A DNA stretch of 64,000 nt from Squalus acanthias (taxonomy: Eukaryota): contig CM059433.1 of NCBI GenBank assembly GCA_030390025.1, forward strand, positions 9,612,001 to 9,676,000, given 5' to 3'. Below, piece by piece: positions 26,390-37,671 of this stretch. A program made the position numbers and the translations under genes. Every line of letters starts with the position of its first letter. Position 1 is the stretch's first letter. Under the pieces are notes generated by a model that saw only the letters and a program-made list of their open reading frames with translations, was not told the origin of the DNA and searched no databases.

Positions 26390-26965
26390 CACTGTACAAA
26401 ACGCTAGTTAGGCCACAGCTGGAATACCGTGTGCAGTTCTGGTCACCACACTATAGGAGGGATGTGATTGCATTGGAGAGGGTGCAGAGGAGATTCACCA
26501 GGATGTTACCTGGGCTGGAGCGCTTCAGCTATGAAGAGAGACTGGACAGGCTGGGGTTGTTTTCCTTAGAGCAGAGAAGGCTGAGGGGGGACCTGATTGA
26601 GGTGTACAAAATTATGAGGGGCATAGATAGGGTAGATAGAAAGGAACTTTTCCCCTTAGTAGAGGGGTCAATAACCAGGGGGCATAGTTTCAAGGTAAGG
26701 GGCAGGAGGTTTAGAGGGCATTTGAGGAAAAACTTTTTCACCCAGAGGGTGGTTGGAATCTGGAACTCACTGCCTGAAAGGGCGGTAGAGGCAGGAACCC
26801 TCACAACATTCAAGAAGCATTTAGATGAGCACTTGAAACGCCATAGCATACAAGGCTACGGACCAAGTGCTGGAAAATGGGATTAAAATAGACAGGGCTT
26901 GATGGCTGGTGCGGACACGATGGGCCGAAGGGCCTCTTTCTGTGCTGTATAACTCTATGACTCTC
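26390..26965 (+). mobile_element. CR1 LINE 3' fragment
   Basis: ORF 26431-26886 is a CR1 ORF2 C-terminus with a ctctatga tail. Confidence 0.92.
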
Positions 26966-27214
26966 TGTGACTTTCAGCCTGGAGGTAGCTTTTCACCATG
27001 AGTAACACATCCGGTGACTTCTGTATACTTAACGTTTCCTTTTGTTACAAAGACGACATTTTCTATAGTGCATCATAAAGTCAATACTACTATTAAAGGT
27101 GAAAAGTCTAGCAGAGTACGTTTGCTCAAAGTACAGCCTCTCAGCTCAGTACTACAGAGATATATAGAAAAGAGATATATTACACTTTGTAAAACACTGT
27201 ATTTACTGCCACTG

Positions 27215-28677
27215 AAGCCTGAGGATTGAAAAGTGGCAAATGTGACACCATTGTTCAAGAAAGGGTGTAAGGACAATCCTAGTAACTACAGTTTAACATC
27301 AGTGGTGGGTAAAGTTATAGAAACAATAATCAAGGAAAAAATTAACGGGCATTTGGAGAGGTTTAAGCTAATTAAGGAGAGCCAACACAGATTTGTAAAA
27401 GACAGATCATGTTTGACTACTCTAATTGAATTTTTTGATGAAGTAACAGGGAGGAGCGACGAAGGGAATGCAATGGATGTTGTCTACATGGATTTTAGGA
27501 AGGCGTTTGACAAAGTACCACATAGAAGGCTGGTTAACAAAATTGAGGCTCATGGAATAGGTGGGTCAGTGGCAGCTTGGATAAGGAATTGGCTTAAGGA
27601 CAGAAAACAGCAGGTTGCGGTAAATGGCTGTTTTTCAGACTGGAGGATGGTAGACAGTAGTGTTCCCCAAGGGTCAGTGCTGGGGCCACTGTTTTTTTTG
27701 ATATATAGAAATGAACTGGATATTGGAATACAAAGTAGAATTTCTAAATTTGCCGATGACACCAAACTTGGGGGTGTGGCAAACAGTGAGGATGATACCA
27801 ATCGACTGCAACAGGACATAGAAAGGCTAGCAGAATGGGCAGACAGTTGGCAGATGGAATTTAATACAGAGAAGTGTGATGTGATGCATTTTGGCAGAAG
27901 GAACAGGGAGAGGCAATATACACTTAATGGTACAGTTTTAAAGAGTGTGCAGGGACTGAGGGACCTGGGCGTTAATGTACATAGGTCCCTGAAGGTGGCA
28001 GGACATATTGAGAGAGTGGTTAGCAAAGCATATGGGATCTTGGGTTTCATAAATAGAGGTATTGAGTACAAAAGTAGAGAAATTATGCTGAACCTTTATA
28101 AAGCGCTGGTTAGGCCACAACTGGAGCATTGCATCCAGTTCTGGTCACTGCACTTTAGGAAGGATGTGAAGGCCCTTGAGAGGGTACAGAGGAGATTTAC
28201 CAGAATGGTTTCGGGGATGGGGGATCTGAGCTACAAGGACAGGTTGGAGAAGCTGGATTTGTTTTCATTAGAGCAAAGGAGGTTGAGGGGTGATTTGATA
28301 GAGGTGTACAAGATTATGACAGGTTTGGATAGGCTAGACGGGGAAAGGCTGTTCCCACTAGTTGATGGTACAAGGACTAGGGGACACAGATTTAAGGTTT
28401 TGGGCAAGAGATACAGGGGGGATGTGAGGAAAAACTTTTTTACGCAGCGAGTGGTGAGGACCTGGAACTCGCTGCCAACAGAAGTGGTGGAAGCGGAGAC
28501 ACTCAATGTTTTCAAGGGGAGACTGGATAGGCACTTGAGGGAAATAAACTTGCAGGGATACGGGGATAGAGCGGGGGAATGGGACTGACTGGATTGCTCT
28601 GCAGAGAGCCGGCACGGACTCGATGGGTCGAATGGCCTCCTTCTGTGCCGTTATGACTCTGAGTGTATGACTCTATG
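27215..28677 (+). mobile_element. CR1 LINE, 5'-truncated, RT region open
   Basis: 451-aa ORF 27233-28588 (ANVTPLFKKG, DFRKAFDKVPH, VPQGSVLGP, FADD). Confidence 0.95.
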
Positions 28678-29582
28678 AAAGCCCTACCTTTCTGTAGTAA
28701 TACTGGAAAGAAAAAAACACTGCTGTCTAGATGCAGCTACTTACACAGCTGGCAGAGAGCTTCCATCCATCAGGTGGCCTTGGACTGGTTCCCAGAATAG
28801 TCCCAAATGTCAGGACCCATTCAAGTGATGGAGTTGTTCCGTGACACACATGACCCCTTCCCAGTTAACACCATAATAGGTGGCAGAGAAGGAATGGAGA
28901 CTCTGCTCCTTCACGTCGACCTCGGCTGCCAGTAGCTTGTAATGGCTCCCCCGACAATCAGAAGTGGGGCACCTGAGCACAGTATGTTGGCATGACCCTG
29001 GCAGCCTTTCTCAGTTTGACAGCTAACTTTAACCCACTACAATGAGTTGCAGAACGGAAAGTCATTTCTGGAGGCAAAGAAGAAACTAAACATGTGGGGA
29101 GTGAAATTCTTCCAGCCAATGAAAAGAAAAAGACAAAGTTTTTTTGCTTAAAATCAAATTGACGGAAGGAATTTCACCCACATGGTTACTTGCCAGACTC
29201 ATTACTGGGAAGCCTTATTTCATTAAATTTAAGCCTCTAACCTTGAATATTCTTTTAAGTGTTTCTGGGATTTTTTCTGATCTCACACCAAAGTTAAGAC
29301 AGTGAATTGGAAGAACCCCACAGAAATTCTACTCCAAAATGTTTAAGAAAAGCTACTCAGTGGTGGCAGGTAAAACTCACTGGAACTGGTCAACAAAGCT
29401 GTTTTATGGTTTAAACAATTAACAGACACAAGTTTTATATGAAAACTGTACAATTTTAATTCTGAAATGCAATGAATGTTAATGAACAGTCCCAGTGGAC
29501 ACACAGTTGGTTTCTATCTTGGAAAGTAGTTCGGCAGGTAATCTCTGTCTGTTAACCATTGCTTCTCCCCTTTCACTTTCTC

Positions 29583-29644
29583 TCATAGGCCATCAATAGC
29601 GCTGTAAGAGGAACTGCCGAATTGCTGTTTAATAGGGAACTCTT
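29583..29644 (-). CDS. Terminal coding exon, NUP153-like paralogue copy 2
   Basis: Acceptor tttttgttcttag, phase 1, EEFPIKQQFGSSSYSAIDGL*. Phase-compatible with the upstream exon. Confidence 0.55.
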
Positions 29645-29729
29645 CTAAGAACAAAAATTCATTATTAATCATCATCATCATCATCATCAATTCAAACAGA
29701 GCTGAGCCATGAAATGGAATTTCACAAAC

Positions 29730-29954
29730 CTGGATCCAGGAAATCACCTTCCTCTCTTTGTCGTTTCCTTCGTGCCCACCTTTCCATGAGGACACCCACT
29801 GATCTTGGTTTTGTAGAAGACAATGTAGCACCTGCCAATTTTTCATCAGGTCCAGTTCCAGCGGACACAGATGACGTAGACATCTCAGCTGGACTGCTAA
29901 TCTGAGGGGTTGCTACTGTACCGTTATCCAGCCCACATTTCTCAGTGCTTATTT
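29730..29954 (-). CDS. Internal exon, NUP153-like paralogue copy 2 (225 nt, phase 1-1; alternative donor at 29748)
   Basis: Acceptor cttatttacag, fully open EISTEKCGLDNGTVATPQISSPAEMSTSSVS...LMERWARRKRQREEGDFLDP, donor CAG|gtttgt. Confidence 0.65.
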
Positions 29955-32539
29955 CTGTAAATAAGAAGTCCTGGATTCAGTAGGGTTTCTCAGAAATGTG
30001 ATCATGATTTCCGCACACTGAACCATCAATGTAACATTTCAACTATGTTCAGATTTACAATTCCTCACGCAAAAGTCTGACTTTCAGTAAGATTTGTCCT
30101 GATTTAAGAGCTGGATTCCATTATCCCTCCCCATTCGCTCCCCCGAGTTCATCTCTGTGACTCTGCGCTCCCTTCCTATGCTCCAATATTCTACTTCAGT
30201 AACTCCCTCCTCCCTCCCTTGTTGAAATGTTCTGATCAAGCGACTGTCCTCCAGTCCCTTCCAGAATGACTCTCCCTTGACGGAGATTGTCTCCGACTGC
30301 TGCAGTTCCATCTTTCCCTGCTTCAGTAGCGATACGCTGATTTCAATGACTCCACTGTCACTTGCCTTTTCAATTACTCCATCTGATACCCACAATTCTT
30401 CTCCCTTTCAGTCAGAGAGTTGCTTTACCCAGGGGAAACAATTAGTAAAATTCATTTCATCAATACTACACTTTCTCCATGACTGCCTCAGGCAGAAATG
30501 AATTTAAACATACATCCCTTCCCATGCCCCAAAGCACTGTTCTCCCATTTTACTTAATTGTGAAGCACTTTTTGGCACAGCAGAATAAATATTGCCCGGA
30601 ATTTGGGGTCAGCGGCGAAGCAACGGTGCGCACCACTGACCTTGAAGACAGCTGCCCGCAAAGATCATAGAATAGTACAGCACAGAAGGAGGCCATTCGG
30701 CCCATCAAGTCTGCCACCGGCTCTTTCGAAAAGCAATCCATTTAGTCTCACCCCCCGCTCTTTCCCCATATCCCTGCAATATTTTCTCCTTCAAGTATTT
30801 ATCCAATTCCCTTTTGAAGGCTGCGATTGAATCGGTTTCCACTGCCCTATCAGGCAGTGCATTCCAACTCCTAACCACTCATTGCGTAAAAAGGTTTTTC
30901 CTCATGTCGCCTCTGGTTCTTTTGCTGATCACCTTAAATCTGTGCCCTCTTATTATCGACCCTTCAGCCATTGGAAACAGTTTCTCTTTATTTACTTTAT
31001 CAAAATCCTTCATGACTTTAAACATCTCTATCAAATCTCCTCTTAGTCTTCTCTGCTCCAAGGAGAACAACCCCAGCTTCTCTAGTCTATCCATGTAACT
31101 GTATTCCCTCATCCCTGGAACCATTCTAGTAAATCTCTTCTGTATCCTCTCCAAAGCCTTCACGTCCTTCCTAAAGTGCGGTGCCCAGAATTGGACACAA
31201 GACTCCAGCTGGGGCTGAACTAGTGTTTTATATATGTTCAGCATAACTTCCTAGCTTCTGTACTCTATGCCGCTATTTATAAAGATCAGGATCCCATATG
31301 CTTTATTAACTGCTTTGTTAACCTGTCCTGCCACCTTCAGAGATTTGTGCACAAGCACCCCCAGGTCTCTCTGTTCTTGCACCCCCTTTAAAGTTGTACC
31401 ATTTAGTGTGTCTGGTCTCTCCTCATTCTTCCAACCAAAATGTATCACCTCACACTTCTCTGCATTGAATTTTATCTGCCATGTGTCCGCTCTTTCCACC
31501 TGCCTCTCTATGTCTACTTGAACTCTATTACTATCTCCCTCACTGTTTACTAAACTTCCAAGTTTTATGTTATCTGCAAATTTCAAAACTGTGCCTCTAC
31601 GCCCAAGTCCAAGTCATTAATGTATATCAAAAACAGCAGTGGTCCTATTACTGAACCTTGAGGAATGCCACTCTATACCTCCCTCCAGTCCAAAAAACAG
31701 TCATTCACCACAACTTTTTTATCCCTTAGTCAATTTTGTATCCATGCTGCTACTGCCCTTTTTATCTCATGGGCTTCAATTTTGCTAACAAGCCTAGTAT
31801 GTCAAACACCTTTTGAAAGTCCATGTACACAACATCAACTGCACTGCCCTCATCCACCCTCTCTGTTATCTCATCAAAAAACTCAATCAAGTTAGTCTAA
31901 TATGATTTGCCCTTAACAAATCTGTGCTGGCTCTCATTTATTAGCCCATACTTGTCCAGGTGGCTGTTAATTTTCTCCTGGATTATTGTTTCTAAAAGCT
32001 TTCCCATCACCTACGTTAAACTGACTGGCCTGTAATTGCCAGGCTTATCCTTCTCCCCTTTTTTGAACAAGGGTGTAACATTTGCAATCCTCCAGTCCTC
32101 TGGCACCACCCCTGTATCTAAGGAGGATTGGAAGATTGTGGCCAGCACCTCCTCAATTTCTACCATTACTTCCCTCAGCAACCTAGGATTCGGACTGGGT
32201 GACTTATCCACTTTACCACCAGCCTGTCTAGTACCTCCTCTTTATCTATTTTTATCTCATCCAGTATCCCAGCAACCTCCTCGTTTACCATAGCTTTGGC
32301 AAAGCCCTCTTCCTTGGTAAGCACTGTTGCAAAGTACTCATTTAATACCTCAGCTATGCCTTCTACCTCCACCAATTTGGTCCCTAATCATCCTCACCGA
32401 TTCTCTGACAACCTTTTTACTGTTACTATGCCTATAGAAGACCTTTGGATTCCCCTTTATGTTAGCCGCCAATCTATCCTCGTACTGTCTCTTTGCCCGA
32501 CTTATTTCCTTTTTCACTTCTCCTCTGTACTTGTTATAT

Positions 32540-32747
32540 CCATGATGCGGAGATGCCGGTGTTGGACTGGGGTGGACAAAAGTGAGAAGTCGCACAACAC
32601 CAGGTTATAGTCCAACAGTTTTATTTGAAATCACAAGCTTTCGGAGCGCTGCTCCTTCGTCAGGTGATGAAGGAGCAGCCGCTCCGAAAGCTTGTGATTT
32701 CAAATAAAACTGTTGGACTATAACCTGGTGTTGTGCGACTTCTCACT
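32540..32747. mobile_element. Palindromic Penelope pseudo-LTR insertion (family B)
   Basis: Inverted arms of about 80 bp within 32581-32747, flanked by the 10-bp duplication cttgttatat (32530-32539, 32748-32757). The arms match the 3' end of 33140-34000. Confidence 0.85.
32631..32667 (-). ncRNA. Minimal type I hammerhead ribozyme motif (family B)
   Basis: UCAC-CUGACGA-A-GGAGC-AGC-GCUCC-GAA-AGCU-U-GUGA: intact core, stems I and II pair, palindromic stem III. Confidence 0.8.
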
Positions 32748-32819
32748 CTTGTTATATTCAGCCTGATTCTCCCTTGTATTATCAAGCTGACATCTGTCAT
32801 ACGTCACACTAATACAATA

Positions 32820-32965
32820 ACAAAATACTGCGGATGCTGGAAATCAGAAATAACAACAGAAAATGCTGGAAACACAAAGGGTCATCCACCTGAAACGTTA
32901 ACTCTGTTTCTCTCTCCACGATGCTGCCTGACCTGCTGAGTGTTTCCAGCATTTTCTGTTGTTAT
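32820..32965. mobile_element. Penelope pseudo-LTR (family A) with inverted 5' segment
   Basis: acaacagaaaatgctggaaacac ... gtgtttccagcattttctgttgt inverted pair around a truncated hammerhead (gaaacgttaact). Confidence 0.7.
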
Positions 32966-33139
32966 ATCTGTCATACATCCCCTTTCTTTGTGGGGTGAAT
33001 TTCAGCTCTCCCAACGTCAGTTTGAACCTGGCACCAAATCAAGCGAATCTCCAAAGTCCAGCACTTTGTACTGGACTTTGTACTACTTGCCTTCAAACAG
33101 CCGCCTAACCTCAGAAGTACCATCGTTCGCAGCAAATTA

Positions 33140-34000
33140 CCCAGCTTTCAGGATAACAGCGACCACGACACCACACAACCCTGCCACGGCAACCTCTGCA
33201 AGACATGCCAGATCATCAACACAGATACCATCATCACATGCGAGGACACTACCCACCAGGTACTTGGTACATACTCATGTGACTCGGCCAACGTTGTCTA
33301 CCTCATCCGTTGCAGGAAAGAATGCACCGCGGCATGGTACATCGGCGAGACCATGCAGACACTGAGACAACGTATGAACGGACATCGCGCAACAATCACC
33401 AGGCAGGAGTGTTCCCTCCCAGTCGGGGAACACTTCAGCAGTCAAGGACATTCAGCCTCGGATCTGCGGGTAAGCGTTCTCCAAGGCGGCCTTAGAAACA
33501 CACGACAACGCAAAATTATCGAGCAGAAACTGATAGCCAAGTTCCGCACTCATGAGAACGGTCTCAACCGGGATCTTGGGTTTATGTCACGATACATGAC
33601 GTGATCCAGACTCGAGTCGTCATTGGCTTGTTCACAGATGTGATTCCCAGTAAAAAAGTAAAATTTTTAAAGTTTATCGTTTTACATACTGACTGCAGCT
33701 TTTGACACGTTAGACCCCCTGTAACTCCACCTCATTGTCTCAGTTGTATCTTGCTATGTCTTTGATGTGGGACCTTCCTGGCTGACCTGATTGCCTTTTG
33801 TCACACCTCGGCAGATAAACAGTCAGGATGATTAAATTTAGTCATCTACCATTGTAAGGTACACATGCATTGTTCTCTATCTATATATGCTTTGGCGATT
33901 CTGTATCTCTTTACTTCACCCGACGAAGGAGCAACAGCTCCGAAAGCTTGTGATTTCAAATAAAACTGTTGGACTATAACCTGGTGTTGTGCGACTTCTC
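33140..34000 (+). mobile_element. Penelope-like element 3' part: GIY-YIG endonuclease and pseudo-LTR
   Basis: CKTC...YSCDSANVVYLIRCRKEC...WYIGETMQTLRQRMNGHR...VGEHF...EQKLIAKFRTHENGLNRD. Hammerhead at 33916-33953 with core variant CCGACGA. Confidence 0.9.
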
Positions 34001-34422
34001 ATCTAAATCTGGTGCCACCTGCAAACTTAGACAGCTGTATTTCTATTCCGAGCTCCAAATATACATTGCAGACAGCAAAGGCCCAGATATGAGCCCCCTT
34101 TGGCAGCTCACGAGTGATCCCCTTGCCCTGCCGATGCAGTTCTACTCACAACCACACCCTTTGCTTTCTCTGGTTTAACCAACTTTCAAATTCACCTCAA
34201 AAGCTTCCTTTACATCCTGTGACTTAATACCTTGTGTACTAATCGCTTGAGTGAGATGGCATCAAAAGCCTTGCTGGCTGACTTCAAAAATATATATATA
34301 TATATAACATTTATACAGCTGATAAATTAGCAACATTAAATTGGAAGGACATGTCTATTAACTCCAGCATCTTGAGAAAGCTATTTGTAATTACAGAACA
34401 AGAAATTATCATCAATGTTTAC

Positions 34423-34803
34423 CATTTGACTGGATCCTCTTACAGCTTTGCAGCACTGCTCCATATTTCAGTATGTCACAGCCCCTACATCTCAACGCCG
34501 GAGCTTTATTTGATATCAAACATGTATCGCAAGTCCATATCTCGGATGGATGGTGAGGGTTTTCCTCCTCACAGTTATTGGATCCTCCGGGCAAACTGGT
34601 CTCGGGCGTGCCGGCTCGTCTTTCACTGAAGTGAGAATAAAACAGAGTCCTTGGGTTTGTTTTTGAGTTCGTCCTCATCCAGGTTGCAAAGTGCTTCTGC
34701 TTTTTGTTGGTCTCGACCGCTCTAAATGGGGAGATGGTATATCGGTTCTTCTGGCCGACACAGCTGTTGCTGGAATCCTGGAAACTTTGTGAGGACATGG
34801 GCG
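34423..34803 (-). CDS. RanBP2-type zinc-finger exon, NUP153-like paralogue copy 2 (381 nt, phase 1-1)
   Basis: Acceptor tttttttag, donor ATG|gtaaac. WTCDTCLISNKAPALRCRGC fits W-x-C-x2-C-x3-N-x6-C-x2-C. SPFRAVETNK resembles NUP153 GPFRPAEILK (recalled). Confidence 0.78.
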
Positions 34804-35792
34804 CTAAAAAAAACCCCCACAGAGGATGGTGAGTTTCACAACGCCCTGCAGCCAAAGCAAGAAGAAGCGATTCATCACAGATGTTAATAGGTTTTTAATA
34901 TGGTCACCGTCAAGACTCAAATATATACCTTCCCCTCCCCCCCCCACCCCACCCAACGTCAATGGGGCAGATTATAGGTCCAGCAGGTTCATGGTGGGAC
35001 ACACAAGCGGCAATATCAATTAAGATACAAATCCCACGATGAGGTTTGAACCTTTTCTGCAGCTGATAAACATTTGCTCGTGGTTCTAACTGCCATTAGC
35101 TGATTCACACCCCACCCCACCCATAGCCCCTCAGGATTGTAATCGGACCAAAACGCCTCAATTAATCACCAAAAATTCTGCAAGAGGATACCTAGGATTC
35201 TGAAGTGCAAAATATTAAACATTAGCAGTGGTTAGAAAATGGCTTCAGCCAAACAATTCAGGCTTGAAAGGGAAGTATTAAAAAAATGGATGGCACAAAA
35301 CACACATTAAAAAGGATACAAATACTTAGTGATATGGATAGATTAATAAACTCCTTTGGAAAAGTATAAGAATAAAAGGAATGGAGTGATAAAACCGATA
35401 CAGTTCCATCCAGCTCGACCCATTAATGAGGTCCATATATTGGATCCAACTAGAGCATTTTCATCTCTCTCCTGCCTCTATCCCAAGTAACTGTGACCAA
35501 GATGTTCTATAAAAACCTGTTACCTTGGAAAAGGTTAACAGCAGAGTTGCAGACTGATTAATAAAGGTACTATTCCACACCACACTTTACTTTAAGACAC
35601 TTTACAAAGTAATTAACCTGGCACTAAACTCGCAATGATACAGTTGGAATGCATTGAAGACGATTCACCTGCGGTCCAGGAAGGCAAACACAAATGGACA
35701 TTCCAGATTGCCCCAATCTCCATTAAGTCTGAGGAATAATATGCAGCTTATAAACACTCTGACACTTCACAAAGTCATTGGGTAAACTTTAC

Positions 35793-35853
35793 CTTTTTGA
35801 CAAGATGTTGGAACAAACGCAGTCCCCACAGATCGGGCATCACTGGTCTCTTT
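35793..35853 (-). CDS. Internal exon (61 nt, phase 0-1), NUP153-like paralogue copy 2
   Basis: cttctttaacag|KETSDARSVGTAFVPTSCQK G|gtaaag. The phase joins the zinc-finger exon. Confidence 0.6.
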
Positions 35854-36591
35854 CTGTTAAAGAAGGAGAAACAGAATGAAATGACTTCCCTTCTGTCAGA
35901 TCAGGACTACTTCAGCTGTCAAGATTCACCTTCGGCACATCATTGAGAAAGTTCTCGGGGATGCGCATCACATCATCGAACATTCAGTCCAATACCAACA
36001 GGATTGCTGCTCCGTTCACCAAGTACATCTGCAGACTGGGAGCTCATTTCAGAATTTGCCTCAATATGTGAATCGGTAACTTAAAGTTTACCCGAGAAGA
36101 AATATTTCAATCAAACCTGCTATTCCTTAAAAATATGGCAGCAGGACTGCTGATAAAAACAAATACATGAATATTTTAAAAACGCTTTTCAATTCATTTA
36201 AAAATGCTTCTCTTTTCCTTTTTAAAAAGGATTTATTCATCCATTTTAGATGTATGTTTCCTACCTTTTAAAAATATTCATCTATTGGATTGTTTTTATC
36301 AACACGTCCTGCTTTCACGTTTAAGGAACAGCAGGTGGTCATTTCATCATTTCTTCTGGAGTAAACTTTCAGTCAGCGTTATGCATATTGAGGCAAACTG
36401 CAGAATGAGACCCAAGTCTGCAAATATACTCGGAAACAATTTCATGCTATGGACCACAATATCCATAAGGAAGGACTGCCTCTGCTCTGCTACCCAGGAA
36501 ATACCCTCAACTCAGCCTGAGAGCGCTTCCAACTGCACCAATTTGACATTTTCAATTTTCACATCATCTAACCACATGGATTCTTTGAGAT

Positions 36592-37200
36592 TTTTTTTTT
36601 TTTAATGGGGATGTGGGAATCACTGGCAAAGTTGGTATTTGCTGCCCAACCCTAGTTGCCCTTGAGAAGGTGGTGGAAGGCCTTCTTCTTGAACCATTGC
36701 AGTCCGTGTGGTGAAGGTACTCCCACAGTGCTGTTGTTAGGGAGGGGGTTCCATGATTTTGTCCGAGCACCGATGAAGGATCAGCGATATGATGTCCAAG
36801 TTGGGATGTTGTGTGACTTGGAGGGGAACTTGGAGGTGGTGGTGTTCCCATGCACCTGCTGCCCTTGTCCTTCTAGGTGGAAGAGGTCGTGGGTTTGGGA
36901 GGTGCTGCCGAAGAAGCCTTGGCGAGTTGCTGCAGTGCATCTTGTAGATGGTACACACTGCAGCCACGGTACGCCGGTGGTGGAGGGAGTGAATGTTTAA
37001 GGTGGTGGATGGGGTGCCGATCAAGTGTACTACTTAGTCCTGGATGGTGTCGAGCTTCTTGAGTGTTTTTGCAGCTGCACTCATCCATTTTGTAAGTGGT
37101 GGAGAGGCTTGGAGAGTCAGGAGGTGAGCCACTCGCCGCAGAATATCGAACCTCTTGCCTGCTCTGGCAGCCATGGCATTTATGTGGCTGGTCCAGTGAA
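36592..37200 (-). mobile_element. Zenon-like LINE 3' fragment
   Basis: Matches 20722-21500. Confidence 0.85.
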
Positions 37201-37389
37201 ATTGCTCGGGTTGGTCTCAATTCCAACAGAACTGAAAGCAGTTTTGTGTTTTTGGACTTCAGTCCATTAGGGGAAACTGTAACCTTTATAAATGAGTTGT
37301 GCAAACTACAGTATGGGATTTGAAACATCTGTATTCAAACTAGAATTTGCAGAAAGTTAAGGAACAAAGCTTTACGTAAATTAAAGGAA

Positions 37390-37651
37390 TGTTGAGGCTG
37401 CCGCAAAACACGAATGGAGGCTGAATCCATATGTGGAAAACAAGAAATTTTTATTCACTGCATGGCACACAAAATAGCTGAGAAAGCTGCTCCCAGAATT
37501 CTCTGGCAAAACGCCCAGAATTCTCTGGGTAAAACCTGAGGCCCCGCCCCCTTCTGCCTTAAAGGTAAGGTGCCTTAAAGGGGAAGGTGCTGGAAATTTG
37601 TCCACAGACGGAAGAGTGGATTATGCCCGTTTTAGGTGGCGATCCGCCACA
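37390..37651 (-). repeat. 3' LTR
   Basis: Direct repeat of 41525-41786 with 8 substitutions by manual count. Confidence 0.97.
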
Positions 37652-37663
37652 CAGCTCCCCCCA
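37652..37663 (-). other. Polypurine tract
   Basis: Minus-strand ggggggagctg abuts the 3' LTR. Confidence 0.75.
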
Positions 37664-37671
37664 GAATCCGC

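Larger units (their letters stand above)
30663..32800 (-). mobile_element. CR1 LINE, degenerate, with nested Penelope pseudo-LTR
   Basis: Successive fragments at 32350-32595, 32011-32375, 31251-31586 and 30879-31244 are collinear CR1 ORF2 pieces. Confidence 0.92.

Noticed and set aside
30084..30501. ORFs 30084-30395 (-) and 30277-30501 (+)
   Set aside because: They fall in the intron between phase-matched exons and look like decayed LINE sequence.
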